64,000 nucleotides of DNA from an uncultured Actinomycetota bacterium (GCA_963762775.1 CAVXMD010000009.1:2897-66896), one strand, 5' to 3'; positions 42,552-53,134 are shown, counted from the first letter of the stretch. The notes: generated from the sequence alone by a model not told the origin. Numbers and translations: made by a program.

Positions 42552-44075
42552 CTAGCGACGACCGGTGCTGAAGCTCGCTGCGGAGTGGTTCGTGCCGCCC
42601 GACGAGGTCGAGTAGGCGAGAGCGCTGCCGCCACCACCACCGCCACCGTTGCCGCCGCCGGAGCGACGACCCGCCGGGCGGGCGGAGCCGCGCCCGGTCT
42701 TGGCCGGGCCCTGGCCGCTCTTGGCAGGACCCTGCCCGCGGGACCGACCGGCACCGCGGCTGCCGCGCGACTCGGTGGCGGCCGCACCTGCCGTCGCGGC
42801 GCCGGAGCCCGCACCGCGACGACCGCGGGCCGAACCCGTGCCGCGCGGGCGCGAGCCCTCGGAGGACGAGGAGTCCGAGACCTCGATCGTCAGGCCGCCC
42901 GGCAGCGCGCGGTCGCCCGGCGCAAGGCGGGTCAGGACCGGGTCGGACATGCTCTGCACCCGGCTGGTGGTCGGGTTGATCCCGGCCGCCTTGGTGAGCG
43001 AGCGCACCTCGCGCAGCTGCTCGCCGGTCGCCAGGGTGACGACGGTGCCGTCGCTGCCGGCCCGGGCGGTCCGCCCGGAACGGTGCGTGTAGGCCTTGTG
43101 CTCGACCGGCGGGTCGGCGTGGACGACGAGGGCGACGTCGTCGACGTGGATGCCGCGGGCGGCGATGTCGGTCGCGACGAGCGTCGTGGCCTTGCCGCTG
43201 TGGAAGGCGTCCATGTTCCGCGTCCGGGCGCCCTGGCTCAGGTTCCCGTGCAGGTCGACCGTGGGGATGCCGCGCTGGTTCAGGGTGCGGGCGAGCTGCT
43301 TGGCGCCGTGCTTCGTCCGGGTGAAGACGACGGTGCGGCCGGGCGCGCTGGCCAGGTCGACGAGGACGGGGACGCGCTGGTCGCGGTCCACGTGCAGCAC
43401 GTGGTGGGTCATGGTCGAGACGGGCGACTGCGCGGAGTCGGCCTCGTGCACGACGGCGTTCGTCAGGAAGCGCTTCACGAGCACGTCGACCTGGGCGTCC
43501 AGCGTCGCGGAGAACAGCAGGCGCTGCCCGTCGCGCGGGGTCTGGTCGAGCAGGCGGCGCACCACCGGGAGGAAGCCGAGGTCGGCCATGTGGTCGGCCT
43601 CGTCGATGACGGTGACCTCGACCGCGCCGAGCGAGGCGTGGCCCTGCTTGATCAGGTCCTCGAGCCGTCCGGGGCAGGCGATGACGACGTCGACGCCCTT
43701 GCGGAGGGCCGTGACCTGCGGGCCCTGGCCGACGCCGCCGAAGACGGTGCGGGTCGTGAGGCCGGCGGTCGCGGCGAGCGGGGCGAGGGCGACCTCGATC
43801 TGGCCGACGAGCTCGCGGGTCGGCGCCAGGATCAGCGCGCGCGGCGCTCCCGGCCGGCGACGGCTCCTGCTCGAGGTCAGCCGGGCGACCAGCGGCAGCA
43901 GGAACGCGTACGTCTTGCCGGAACCGGTGCGGCCCCGGCCGAGGACGTCGCGCCCGGCGAGGGCGTCGGGCAGCGTCGCGGCCTGGATGGGGGTGGGCAG
44001 GGTGATGTCCCGCTCGGCGAGGACGCCGACGAGGGAAGCGGGCACGCCGAGCGTGCCGAAGTCGTGCTGGGTCAA
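42552..44075 (-). CDS. DEAD-box ATP-dependent RNA helicase with an Arg/Gly-rich C-terminal tail
   Basis: PTPIQAATLPDALAGRDVLGRGRTGSGKTYAF carries the Q motif and motif I. VIDEADHMADLGF is the DEAD variant. SAT and HRSGRTARAG follow. Confidence 0.92.
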   Translation of the reverse strand: MTQHDFGTLGVPASLVGVLAERDITLPTPIQAATLPDALAGRDVLGRGRTGSGKTYAFLLPLVARLTSSRSRRRPGAPRALILAPTRELVGQIEVALAPLAATAGLTTRTVFGGVGQGPQVTALRKGVDVVIACPGRLEDLIKQGHASLGAVEVTVIDEADHMADLGFLPVVRRLLDQTPRDGQRLLFSATLDAQVDVLVKRFLTNAVVHEADSAQSPVSTMTHHVLHVDRDQRVPVLVDLASAPGRTVVFTRTKHGAKQLARTLNQRGIPTVDLHGNLSQGARTRNMDAFHSGKATTLVATDIAARGIHVDDVALVVHADPPVEHKAYTHRSGRTARAGSDGTVVTLATGEQLREVRSLTKAAGINPTTSRVQSMSDPVLTRLAPGDRALPGGLTIEVSDSSSSEGSRPRGTGSARGRRGAGSGAATAGAAATESRGSRGAGRSRGQGPAKSGQGPAKTGRGSARPAGRRSGGGNGGGGGGGSALAYSTSSGGTNHSAASFSTGRR

Positions 44076-44242
44076 GGAGATCCGTCCTGAGGTGTCCCGC
44101 CGACACCGGCCGAGGTCTCTCGGAGGCGCCTCGTACGGAGCCCTGGGGGCTACGACGTACGGACTGCTTGCGGCAGGAGCGAAAGCAAGCTGATGGATCC
44201 ACTATAGCGTGACGTCGAGATGTTGAAGCCGCAACCACCACC

Positions 44243-45382
44243 GTGTCGGCCATGCTGGGGCGCGTGACCCGCTGGAGCTTCCCCTTCGTCGTGGGGGTCG
44301 TCGGCGGGCTCGCGCTGTTCGCCGCCCTGCTGGTGCCGGTCCTGCTCGTGCAGTACCGGAGGTTCGGGCGGCTGAGCGTGCGCCGGGTCGTCGCGGTCTC
44401 GGCGGTCTGCGTGTACGCCGTCGGCCTGGTCGCCTACACGTTCCTCCCCCTGCCGGCGTCGACCCGGAGCTGCGTGGGCGGCGGCGCCGGGATCCAGCTC
44501 GTGCCCTTCCGCTTCGTGCGCGACATCGCCCGCGAGACCTCCGGCCTCGGCTGGCTCGAGACCCTGACGAGCACGGTCACCCTGCAGGTCGTCCTGAACG
44601 TCGCGCTCTTCGTCCCGCTCGGGCTGCTCGTGCGGCGCTTCGGTGGGCGCTCGGTCCCGGTCACGACGCTCGTCGGGCTCCTCGTCTCGCTCGCGATCGA
44701 GCTGACGCAGGGCACCGCCCTCTGGGGGCTGTACGCCTGCGCCTACCGCGTCGCCGACGTCGACGACCTGCTCGCGAACACCCTCGGCACCCTCGTCGGC
44801 GCCCTGCTCGCGCGGCGGGTGCTCGGGTGGGTGCCCGAGGCGACCGAGCTCGAACGGCGTCGCCTGCGGCCCACCCGGGTCCGTCCGGTCCAGCGCTGGG
44901 TCGGCATGGTCGTGGACCTGGCGGCCTTCACCGTCGTCACCGCCGTGGTCTCCGGGGCCGGCCGCGTCGCGCGGCTGCTGGGCCCCGCCCCCTCCGGGAC
45001 CCTGGCGGACGTGGCGCCGGCCGTCCCTGCGCTGGTGGCAGGGGTGGTCACCTTCGTGGTGCCGGCGCTCGTCGGGACGGGAGCCTCGATCGGCCAGCGC
45101 CTGGTCTGGCTGCGACCGTCGTGGCCGGACCCGCCCTCGCTCGTCCGACGGTTGATCGGGACGCTCGTCGGCGTCACGTGGGCGCTCTCGGCCGCCCTCG
45201 CCGCTGTCGGCGACCGCGAGGGGCCCTACCAGGCGGTGTCGCTGCTGCTGACCCTCCCCGGCCTGCTGTCGCCGTTCGTCGTCCTCGGCACCCGCTCGCG
45301 GGGGATCTCGATGCTCCTCTCCGGTGCCCGCCCGGTCGACTCGCGCGCACCCGGCCCGGCCGGACACGCGACCGTCAGCTGA
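44243..45382 (+). CDS. VanZ-like membrane protein with a C-terminal RDD-like membrane domain
   Basis: VPFRFV...LQVVLNVALFVPLGLLV...SLAIELTQ...DVDDLLANTLGTLVGALLA is VanZ. A second multi-TM half follows. Confidence 0.65.
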   Translation: MSAMLGRVTRWSFPFVVGVVGGLALFAALLVPVLLVQYRRFGRLSVRRVVAVSAVCVYAVGLVAYTFLPLPASTRSCVGGGAGIQLVPFRFVRDIARETSGLGWLETLTSTVTLQVVLNVALFVPLGLLVRRFGGRSVPVTTLVGLLVSLAIELTQGTALWGLYACAYRVADVDDLLANTLGTLVGALLARRVLGWVPEATELERRRLRPTRVRPVQRWVGMVVDLAAFTVVTAVVSGAGRVARLLGPAPSGTLADVAPAVPALVAGVVTFVVPALVGTGASIGQRLVWLRPSWPDPPSLVRRLIGTLVGVTWALSAALAAVGDREGPYQAVSLLLTLPGLLSPFVVLGTRSRGISMLLSGARPVDSRAPGPAGHATVS

Positions 45383-45463
45383 CCGGGCTTCACCGGAGGC
45401 CGTGGACGACGACCCGCGGACGGTGCACGAGGGATCCGTCCCGGTGGCGGTCGAGCGTGGCTG

Positions 45464-45832
45464 GTGGCTCCGCAGCGGGGACGAGCCGTCCACGACGCCC
45501 GCAGCGAGCGCCGGACCGCGATCGAGGGCTGGTTCGACATACCGGCCTCCGAGCTGCTCGACCACCCGTCGTCGCCGGCCGCGGTGCGGCCGGCCCCGCC
45601 CCGGTGGAAGCAGGCCGTGAGCATCTGGCTCGGCTTCTTCCCCACGAACCTGGTCTTCAGCCTGCTGCCGGCCTGGGGCACCGTCCCGCGCGCGCTGCGC
45701 GTCCTGGTCACCACCGTGGTCCTGACGCCGGTGCTGACCTACGCGGTGCTGACCTACGCGGTGCTGCCGTTCGTCACCGCGCGGCTCCGGCCGTGGCTGG
45801 AGCGGTCGCCCGCGCGGCCGACCGGGTCGTAG
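45464..45832 (+). pseudogene. C-terminal membrane-anchor remnant of an ABM-monooxygenase-associated protein; N-terminal domains missing
   Basis: IEGWFDIP...APPRWKQAVSIWLGFFPTNLVFSLL resembles the conserved C-terminus of that family. Only ~80 bp separates it from the upstream gene. It contains an exact 15 bp in-frame tandem duplication. Confidence 0.4.
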
Positions 45833-46760
45833 GGCGGCGGATCGCCAGGAGCAGGTTCGTGGCGGCGGCCACCGACAGGGAGGCGCCCAGCAGGTGCAGG
45901 GCGACCAGGCCGACGGGGACCCCGAGGTGGTACTGCGTGATCCCGATCGCGGCCTGCAGGACCTCGACGGCCAGCAGGAGCATGACGGCGCGGCTCCGGA
46001 CGAGGAACGCGCAGAGCACGGTCAGCGCGATCGTCAGGTAGACCACCGTGGCGTGCAGGTGGGCGACGAGGCCGCCGTCGAGCCCGTTGCGTACTGCGCC
46101 CAGGTCGCCGGCGTGCGGCCCGCTGCCGGTGACGACGGTGCCGAGCCAGACCGCGACGACCATGGCGGCAAAGGCCAGGCGGGCGGCCGGGACGGCGAGC
46201 GGCCGCCCGGTGCGGACCACGGACGCGCCCCAGGTCGAGCGGACCAGCCCGACGGCGAGGCCGACGAGCGCCATGGAGACGACGAAGTGCAGGCCGACGA
46301 CCCACGGGTTCAGGTGGGTGAGGACGCTGATCCCGCCGATGACGATCTGGGCGGGGATGCCGAGCAGCAGGCCGCCGGCCAGCCAGCGCAGGTCACGGCG
46401 CCGGCCACCGCGAGCCTCGGCCCGGGCCGGGTCGCGGAACCGCAGCGCCGTGACCCAGGTGAGGGCCACGACGGCGACGAGCAGAAAGGTCAGCAGCCGG
46501 TTGCCGAACTCGATCGCCCCGTGGACGCCGAGCTCGGGGTGGGTGACGAAAGAGGCCTCGCTGCAGCGCGGCCACGTGGGGCAGCCCATGCCGGAGGCGG
46601 TCAGGCGGACGAGACCGCCGGTCACGACGATCAGGACGTTGATCGTGAGGGCGGCGACGGCCCAGCGGCGCAGGGCGACCGCCCCGGTCACGAGGCGCAG
46701 CGGGCCCCACGGCGGCGCAGGTGCGCCCTCCGGCGTCGGTCGCAGCTCGGTCGTCGTCAT
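45774..46760 (-). CDS. ctaA: Heme A synthase (COX15/CtaA family)
   Basis: MTTTELRPTPEG...VVTGGLVRLTASGMGCPTWPRC...HGAIEFGNRLLTF...VVTGSGPHAGD...HLHATVVYL. The C-terminal tail overlaps the convergent gene by ~59 bp. Confidence 0.85.
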   Translation of the reverse strand: MTTTELRPTPEGAPAPPWGPLRLVTGAVALRRWAVAALTINVLIVVTGGLVRLTASGMGCPTWPRCSEASFVTHPELGVHGAIEFGNRLLTFLLVAVVALTWVTALRFRDPARAEARGGRRRDLRWLAGGLLLGIPAQIVIGGISVLTHLNPWVVGLHFVVSMALVGLAVGLVRSTWGASVVRTGRPLAVPAARLAFAAMVVAVWLGTVVTGSGPHAGDLGAVRNGLDGGLVAHLHATVVYLTIALTVLCAFLVRSRAVMLLLAVEVLQAAIGITQYHLGVPVGLVALHLLGASLSVAAATNLLLAIRRPTTRSAARATAPATAGAAR

Positions 46761-46782
46761 GCCTCCACCCCACACCCCGTGC

Positions 46783-47595
46783 TCAAGCCGTCCACCGGAA
46801 CGTCCGCCGCGCGAGCAGCGCGCCCACCACCAGCCAGACCGCCAGCACCGCGAACGGCCAGCCCGGCACGGCGCCGACCGCCGCCGCGCGCATGCCCTCG
46901 CCGAGGGCCGCCGTGGGCAGCGCCTCGACCACCGGGCGTACGGCCGCGGGGTAGCGCGCGACCGGCACCACGAGGGCGCCGCCGGCGAGGAGGACGACGT
47001 AGACGATGTTCGCCAGGGCCAGCGTCGCCTCGGCGCGGAGCCGGCCGGCGAGCAGCAGGGCCAGGGCCACGAAGGTCGCCGCCGCGAGCACCACGAGCGC
47101 GAGGCCGCCGACCAGCGAGGCCGGCGTGTACGACGGCCGCCAGCCGAGCAGCAGCGCGACGACGGCGAGGACGACGAGCTGGCCGAGCAGCACGAGCGCG
47201 ACGGCCAGGGCCTTGCCGACCAGCAGCCCGCCACGGCCCAGCGGGGTCGCGGCCAGTCGCTCCAGCACGCCGTAGCGCCGCTCGAAGCCGGTGGCGATCG
47301 CGACCGAGGTGAAGGCCGTCGACCAGACGGCGAGCCCGAGGACCGACGGGGCGGCGGCGGCCAGCGGCACGAACCGGTCGTGGGTCAGCGCGGCCAGCAC
47401 CAGCAGGGCGAGGGGGATGACGAGGGCGAGCAGGAGCTGCTCTCCGTTGCGGACGAGCAGGCGGAGCTCGGTCAGCGCGTGCCGGACGACGCGGCGCGAC
47501 GCCGGGGCCGCACCGGGGGCCGGGCTGAGGTCCAGCGTCGTGGTCGTCCGGGGGTTCGAGGGGGTCGCTCCCCTCGGCGACACGGGGGCGCTCAT
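46783..47595 (-). CDS. ABC-2 type transporter permease
   Basis: A six-TM hydrophobic protein whose start overlaps the ATPase stop (ATGA). Confidence 0.8.
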   Translation of the reverse strand: MSAPVSPRGATPSNPRTTTTLDLSPAPGAAPASRRVVRHALTELRLLVRNGEQLLLALVIPLALLVLAALTHDRFVPLAAAAPSVLGLAVWSTAFTSVAIATGFERRYGVLERLAATPLGRGGLLVGKALAVALVLLGQLVVLAVVALLLGWRPSYTPASLVGGLALVVLAAATFVALALLLAGRLRAEATLALANIVYVVLLAGGALVVPVARYPAAVRPVVEALPTAALGEGMRAAAVGAVPGWPFAVLAVWLVVGALLARRTFRWTA

Positions 47596-48311
47596 CCGAG
47601 CACCCCGTGGGTCCGGGACAGGAAGACGTTCTCGAGGCTCTCGCCGCCGGCGGTCAGCTCGTCGACCGTGCCCGCGGCGGCGACCCGGCCGCGGTCGACC
47701 ATCCAGACCTGGTCGGCCAGCGCCTCCGCCTCGTCCATGGCGTGGGTGGTCAGGACCACCGACACCCCGGCGGCCCGCACCTCACGGAGCAGCTCCCAGG
47801 TCGCCCGGCGCGCGTGCGGGTCCATCCCGGCGGTGGGTTCGTCGAGGAACACCAGCGCGGGTCGGCCGACGAGCGCGCCGGCCAGGTTCACGGCCTGCTG
47901 CTGCCCGCCGGACAGGCGGCGGTAGGGGGTGCGGGCGTACGGGCCGATGCCGAGCCGGGCGACCAGGGCGCCGACGTCGAGCGGGTGGGCGTAGAGGGCG
48001 GCGAGGTAGCTGAGCAGCTCGACGGCCCGGACGCCCGACCAGGCGCCCGTGCTCTGCGGCATCAGCCCGACGGCCGCCGTGGCGGCGGGCGAGCCGGGCT
48101 CCTCGCCGAGCACCCGGACCGTGCCGGCGTCGGGCCGGACGAGGCCGGTGCAGCAGCGCAGCAGGGTCGTCTTGCCCGCGCCGTTCGGACCGAGCAGCGC
48201 GGTGAGCGCCCCTCTTGGTGCATCGAGGCTGAGCCCGTCGAGCACCGCGCGGCCGCCGAGGCGGACCGTCAGGTCCCGCACCTCGAGCGCGGGCGCGGAG
48301 GGGCTGGGCAC
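47592..48311 (-). CDS. ABC transporter ATP-binding protein
   Basis: GTG 48311. LLGPNGAGKTTLL is Walker A, LSGGQQQ the signature, and LVFLDEPTAGMD Walker B. Confidence 0.88.
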   Translation of the reverse strand: MPSPSAPALEVRDLTVRLGGRAVLDGLSLDAPRGALTALLGPNGAGKTTLLRCCTGLVRPDAGTVRVLGEEPGSPAATAAVGLMPQSTGAWSGVRAVELLSYLAALYAHPLDVGALVARLGIGPYARTPYRRLSGGQQQAVNLAGALVGRPALVFLDEPTAGMDPHARRATWELLREVRAAGVSVVLTTHAMDEAEALADQVWMVDRGRVAAAGTVDELTAGGESLENVFLSRTHGVLG

Positions 48312-48383
48312 CGCTGAAGTGTAGGGCGGCAGGGCGCGCGGGCCGGGCGCCTCGAGCGGGCGTCCTCGGGGCAGGATGGGCCG

Positions 48384-49481
48384 ATGGACCTGCCCGTGAT
48401 GCCGCCGGTCGCGCCGATGCTGGCGAAGTCGGTCAAGACCATCCCCACCGGCGACCTCACCTACGAGCCGAAGTGGGACGGCTTCCGCTCGGTGATCTTC
48501 CGCGACGGCGACGAGGTGGAGATCGGCAGCCGCAACGGCAAGCCCATGACGCGCTACTTCCCCGAGGTCGTCGAGGCGGTGCGCGCGAGCTTCCCCGCAC
48601 GGGCCGTGATCGACGGCGAGATCGTCGTCGTCGACCCGTCGGGGGAGCGGCTGGAGTTCGAGACGCTGCAGCAGCGCATCCACCCGGCGGTCAGCCGGGT
48701 GAACCGGCTCGCCGCGGAGACGCCGGCGAGCTTCGTCGCGTTCGACCTGCTGGCCCTGGGCGACGAGGACTGGACGTCGCGCCCCTTCGCCGAGAGGCGT
48801 GCCGCGCTGGCCGCGGCGCTCGCGCACGCCGAGGCGCCGGTGCACCTGACGCCCACGACGGACGACCCGGCCGTGGCGGAGACGTGGTTCACGCAGTTCG
48901 AGGGGGCCGGGCTGGACGGCGTCGTGGCCAAGCCGAACGCGATCGGCTACGCGCCGGACAAGCGGGTGATGTTCAAGATCAAGCACGAGCGGACGGCGGA
49001 CTGCGTCGTCGCCGGCTACCGGGTCCACAAGAGCGGACCGGACAGCATCGGGTCGCTGCTCCTCGGGCTCTACGACGACGGCGGCCGGCTGGTGTCGGTC
49101 GGCGTGATCGGCGCCTTCCCGGCGGCCCGGCGCAAGGAGCTGTTCACCGAGCTGCAGCCGCTGGTCACGACGTTCGACGACCACCCGTGGGCGTGGGCGG
49201 GGCAGGACCGGCGCGCCCCCGGCGCAGGGCAGGAGGAGGGGACGCGGACGCCGCGCAGCTCGGAGTTCAGCCGCTGGAACAACGGCAAGGACCTCTCGTT
49301 CACCCCCTTGCGTCCCGACCTCGTCGTCGAGGTCCGCTACGAGCACATGGAGGGGGAGCGGTTCCGCCACACCGCGCAGTTCAACCGGTGGCGCCCGGAC
49401 CGGGATCCGCACTCGTGCACGTACTCCCAGCTCGAGGAGGTCGTGCGCTACGACCTCGCCGACATCCTCGGCCTGTCCTGA
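48384..49481 (+). CDS. ligC: ATP-dependent DNA ligase (LigC type, adenylation plus OB domains only)
   Basis: YEPKWDGFRSVIF has the KxDG adenylation lysine. DGEIVV, FVAFDLL, LDGVVAKP, FKIKHERTADCVVAGY. Confidence 0.85.
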   Translation: MDLPVMPPVAPMLAKSVKTIPTGDLTYEPKWDGFRSVIFRDGDEVEIGSRNGKPMTRYFPEVVEAVRASFPARAVIDGEIVVVDPSGERLEFETLQQRIHPAVSRVNRLAAETPASFVAFDLLALGDEDWTSRPFAERRAALAAALAHAEAPVHLTPTTDDPAVAETWFTQFEGAGLDGVVAKPNAIGYAPDKRVMFKIKHERTADCVVAGYRVHKSGPDSIGSLLLGLYDDGGRLVSVGVIGAFPAARRKELFTELQPLVTTFDDHPWAWAGQDRRAPGAGQEEGTRTPRSSEFSRWNNGKDLSFTPLRPDLVVEVRYEHMEGERFRHTAQFNRWRPDRDPHSCTYSQLEEVVRYDLADILGLS

Positions 49482-49522
49482 CGACAAGCCCCGGGGGGCT
49501 CGGTCCGGTAAGGCTCGCCTCG

Positions 49523-49543
49523 CTTGATCGACGCTCGAATAAG
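49523..49543. promoter_or_regulatory. Imperfect palindrome upstream of sufR (candidate SufR operator)
   Basis: CTTGATCGA-cgc-TCGAATAAG has 7 of 9 positions complementary. It lies 15 nt upstream of the GTG start. Confidence 0.3.
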
Positions 49544-49557
49544 AGCACACTGGCCTT

Positions 49558-50355
49558 GTGAAAACCGCCGAGGACACGATCGGAGAGGTGTCCGGCGACC
49601 TGCCGGCGACCGACCCGAACGCCCCCACCCGGCGTCGTGTCGCCCGCTCGGTCCTGGAGCACGGGCCGTCGACCGCCGCCGAGCTCGCGACCCGTCTCGG
49701 GCTCACCGCCGCCGGCGTGCGCCGCCACCTCGACGGGCTCGCCGAGCAGGGCCTGCTCACGTCGCGCGAGCAGCGCGTCTACGGCGCCCGCGGCCGCGGG
49801 CGCCCGGCCCGCGTGTTCGTGCTCACCGACGCCGGCCGCGACAGCTTCGGCGCCGGTTACGACGACCTCGCCGTGCAGGCCCTCGAGTTCCTCGCGGCCA
49901 CGGCCGGCCCCGACGCCGTCGGACGCTTCGCCGAGGCGCGGACGGGTCTGCTCGAGGACCACGTCCGGCAGGCGCTCGCGGTGGCCGACGCCGACGAGAC
50001 CCCCGCCCAGACGCTCGCGCGGGCGTTGTCGGCGGAGGGCTACGCGGCCTCCGTACGACCTGCGGCCCTCGGCGAGCAGCTGTGCCAGCACCACTGCCCG
50101 GTCGCGCACGTGGCCGAGCGCTTCCCGCAGCTCTGCGAGGCCGAGACCGAGGCCTTCTCCCGCCAGCTCGGGGTGCACGTCCAGCGCCTCGCGACGATCG
50201 CCCACGGTGACGGCGTCTGCACCACGCACATCCCGCGAAACGTCTCCAGGCCCCCGGCTCCCGGAGCCACGTCACACCTGCCGGCCGGAACATCCGGACG
50301 GACCCCCGCCTTGCACCCAGAGCACGCCCCCGATCACGAGGAGCACCCGAGATGA
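49558..50355 (+). CDS. sufR: SUF-operon transcriptional regulator (ArsR/DeoR-like winged helix, SufR type)
   Basis: [43 protein letters not shown]. Cys residues at CQHHCP and [10 protein letters not shown]. It lies immediately upstream of, and overlaps, sufB. Confidence 0.8.
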   Translation: MKTAEDTIGEVSGDLPATDPNAPTRRRVARSVLEHGPSTAAELATRLGLTAAGVRRHLDGLAEQGLLTSREQRVYGARGRGRPARVFVLTDAGRDSFGAGYDDLAVQALEFLAATAGPDAVGRFAEARTGLLEDHVRQALAVADADETPAQTLARALSAEGYAASVRPAALGEQLCQHHCPVAHVAERFPQLCEAETEAFSRQLGVHVQRLATIAHGDGVCTTHIPRNVSRPPAPGATSHLPAGTSGRTPALHPEHAPDHEEHPR

Positions 50356-51827
50356 CCGACATCCTTGACGAGACCACCACGACGCCGGCCGCCGCCGGGC
50401 CCGTCGTGCCGGGCCTGGGCCAGACCCAGGACCAGCACCTCGACGCCCTCGGCCGCTACCGCTTCGGCTGGTCGGACTCCGACGCCGCCGGCGCCATCGC
50501 GCAGCGCGGCCTGAGCCCGGCCGTCGTCGAGAACATCTCCGCGCTGAAGAGCGAGCCTCAGTGGATGCTCGACCTGCGCCTCAAGGGCCTCAAGCTCTTC
50601 GACCGCAAGCCGATGCCCGCCTGGGGCGCCGAGCTCGACGGCATCGACTTCGACAACATCAAGTACTTCGTGCGCTCGACCGAGAAGCAGGCCGCGACCT
50701 GGGACGACCTGCCGGCCGACATCAAGAGCACGTACGACAAGCTCGGCATCCCCGAGGCGGAGAAGGCGCGCCTCGTGTCCGGCGTCGCGGCCCAGTACGA
50801 GTCCGAGGTCGTCTACCACAAGATCAACGAGGAGCTCGAGAAGCAGGGCGTCATCTTCCTCGACACCGACACCGCGCTCAAGGAGCACCCCGAGCTCTTC
50901 GCCGAGTACTTCGCGACGGTCATCCCGGTCGGCGACAACAAGTTCTCCGCGCTGAACTCCGCCGTCTGGTCGGGCGGCTCGTTCATCTACGTCCCCAAGG
51001 GCGTGCACGTCGAGATCCCGCTGCAGGCCTACTTCCGGATCAACACCGAGAACATGGGCCAGTTCGAGCGGACGCTGATCATCGTCGACGAGGACGCCTA
51101 CGTGCACTACGTCGAGGGCTGCACCGCGCCGATCTACTCCTCCGACTCGCTGCACAGCGCCGTCGTGGAGATCGTCGTCAAGAAGGGCGCGCGCTGCCGC
51201 TACACGACCATCCAGAACTGGTCGAACAACGTCTACAACCTCGTCACCAAGCGTGCGACCTGCGAGGCCGGGGCGACGATGGAGTGGATCGACGGCAACA
51301 TCGGCTCCAAGGTCACCATGAAGTACCCGGCCGTCTACCTCATGGGCGAGCACGCCCGGGGCGAGACGCTGTCGATCGCCTTCGCCGGCGAGGGTCAGCA
51401 CCAGGACGCCGGCTCCAAGATGGTGCACTGCGCGCCCCACACGTCGAGCTCGATCATCTCCAAGTCGGTGGCGCGCGGTGGCGGTCGGACGTCGTACCGC
51501 GGGCTCGTCCAGGTCCAGGACGGCGCGCACCACTCGAAGTCGATCGTCAAGTGCGACGCCCTGCTGGTCGACACGATCAGCCGGTCGGACACCTACCCCT
51601 ACGTCGACGTGCGCGAGGACGACGTGTCCATGGCGCACGAGGCCACGGTCTCCAAGGTGAGCGATGACCAGCTCTTCTACCTGATGAGCCGCGGGATGGG
51701 CGAGGACGAGGCGATGGCCATGATCGTCCGCGGCTTCGTCGAGCCGATCGCCCGGGAGCTCCCGATGGAGTACGCCCTCGAGCTCAACCGCCTCATCGAG
51801 CTGCAGATGGAGGGCGCGGTCGGCTGA
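50352..51827 (+). CDS. sufB: Fe-S cluster assembly protein SufB
   Basis: A 491 aa protein. [21 protein letters not shown]...[23 protein letters not shown]...[24 protein letters not shown]. No intein-sized insertion. Confidence 0.95.
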   Translation: MTDILDETTTTPAAAGPVVPGLGQTQDQHLDALGRYRFGWSDSDAAGAIAQRGLSPAVVENISALKSEPQWMLDLRLKGLKLFDRKPMPAWGAELDGIDFDNIKYFVRSTEKQAATWDDLPADIKSTYDKLGIPEAEKARLVSGVAAQYESEVVYHKINEELEKQGVIFLDTDTALKEHPELFAEYFATVIPVGDNKFSALNSAVWSGGSFIYVPKGVHVEIPLQAYFRINTENMGQFERTLIIVDEDAYVHYVEGCTAPIYSSDSLHSAVVEIVVKKGARCRYTTIQNWSNNVYNLVTKRATCEAGATMEWIDGNIGSKVTMKYPAVYLMGEHARGETLSIAFAGEGQHQDAGSKMVHCAPHTSSSIISKSVARGGGRTSYRGLVQVQDGAHHSKSIVKCDALLVDTISRSDTYPYVDVREDDVSMAHEATVSKVSDDQLFYLMSRGMGEDEAMAMIVRGFVEPIARELPMEYALELNRLIELQMEGAVG

Positions 51828-51913
51828 CGCCGGCCCCTCCCTCTCCCGCGCCCCGAGGCCGGCTCCGCAGGCGGAGCCGGCCGACGGGCTGATCCACACG
51901 AAGGAACCCTGAC

Positions 51914-53134
51914 TTGTCCGTCCAGATCGACGCGCCGATCGAGGTCGTGCCGACCGTAGGCCCCGACGACTCGGTGTCCGCGGTCTCCGCCGCCGTCGAG
52001 TCCGTCGCCTCCCACCTGCACCCGGTCGCCTCGTACGACCTCGCCGACCACCCCCGTCCGGACGGGCGCGAGGAGGTCTGGCGCTTCACCCCGCTGAAGC
52101 GTCTCCGCGGCCTGCTCGACGACGGCGGCGCCTCCGGCGAGGTCGACGTGGCTGTGGAGGCCCCCGACGTCGTGACGGTGTCGACGCTCTCCGCGGCGGA
52201 GGCGCGGGCCCTCGGCGGCCCGGCCCCGGTCGACCGCGTCGCCGCTCTCGCGGCCGCGCACGCCGACCGCGTCACCCTGGTCGACGTCCCGGCCGAGACC
52301 GAGCTCGACGCCCCGGTCGTCATCACCGTGACCGGTCACGGCGCGGAGCGGGCCTTCGGGAACCTGGTCGTGCGGGTCGGCGCGTTCGCGCGGGCCACGG
52401 TCGTCCTCGAGCACCGCGGCAGCGCGGTCTACGCCGGGAACACCAGCCTGCTCGTCGGCGACGGCGCGCACCTGGAGTTCGCGGGGCTGCAGCTGTGGGA
52501 GGACGACGCGGTGCACGGCGGGCAGGTGTCCGTCGTCGTCGGCCGCGACGCCGAGGTCCGGACGATCGCCGCCTCGCTCGGCGGCGACCTCGTGCGGCTG
52601 GTCGAGACGGCGGAGTACGCCGCTCCGGGCGGTTCGGTGGAGCAGCTCGGCCTCTACTTCGTCGACGCCGGTCAGCACATCGAGCACCGGCTGTTCGTCG
52701 ACCACAACGCGCCGAAGACGCGCAGCAACGTCGACTACCGGGGCGCGCTGCAGGGCCAGGGCGCGCACTCGGTCTGGATCGGCGACGTGCTGATCCGCAA
52801 GGTCGCCGAAGGCATCGAGACCTACGAGTCCAACAAGAACCTCGTCCTGACCGACGGCTGCCGCGCCGACTCCGTGCCCAACCTGGAGATCGAGACCGGC
52901 GAGATCGCCGGTGCCGGGCACGCGTCGACGACCGGCCGCTTCGACGACGAGCAGCTGTTCTACCTGCGCAGCCGCGGCATCGACGAGGCCGAGGCCCGTC
53001 GTCTGGTGGTGCACGGCTTCTTCGCCGACATCATCCGTCGCATCGGCGTCCCGCGCGTCGAGCAGCGCCTGCTCGAGGCCGTCGAGGCCGAGCTCGAGGT
53101 GAACGTCGGCCTGCCGACGTCGAGCGCCGTCTGA
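51914..53134 (+). CDS. sufD: Fe-S cluster assembly protein SufD
   Basis: TTG start. EVWRFTPLKRL...EQLFYLRSRGIDEAEARRLVVHGFF. Confidence 0.9.
   Translation: MSVQIDAPIEVVPTVGPDDSVSAVSAAVESVASHLHPVASYDLADHPRPDGREEVWRFTPLKRLRGLLDDGGASGEVDVAVEAPDVVTVSTLSAAEARALGGPAPVDRVAALAAAHADRVTLVDVPAETELDAPVVITVTGHGAERAFGNLVVRVGAFARATVVLEHRGSAVYAGNTSLLVGDGAHLEFAGLQLWEDDAVHGGQVSVVVGRDAEVRTIAASLGGDLVRLVETAEYAAPGGSVEQLGLYFVDAGQHIEHRLFVDHNAPKTRSNVDYRGALQGQGAHSVWIGDVLIRKVAEGIETYESNKNLVLTDGCRADSVPNLEIETGEIAGAGHASTTGRFDDEQLFYLRSRGIDEAEARRLVVHGFFADIIRRIGVPRVEQRLLEAVEAELEVNVGLPTSSAV

Noticed and set aside
42552-42900. The Arg/Gly-rich repetitive 3' region of the DEAD-box helicase gene as a separate repeat element or frameshifted tail.
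   Set aside because: RG/RGG-rich C-terminal extensions are a normal feature of actinobacterial DEAD-box helicases, and the frame is continuous to a stop codon.
50352-51827. An intein in sufB (as in some mycobacteria) or in the island DnaB helicase.
   Set aside because: Both proteins have normal lengths, with contiguous conserved motifs and no insertion-sized interruption.
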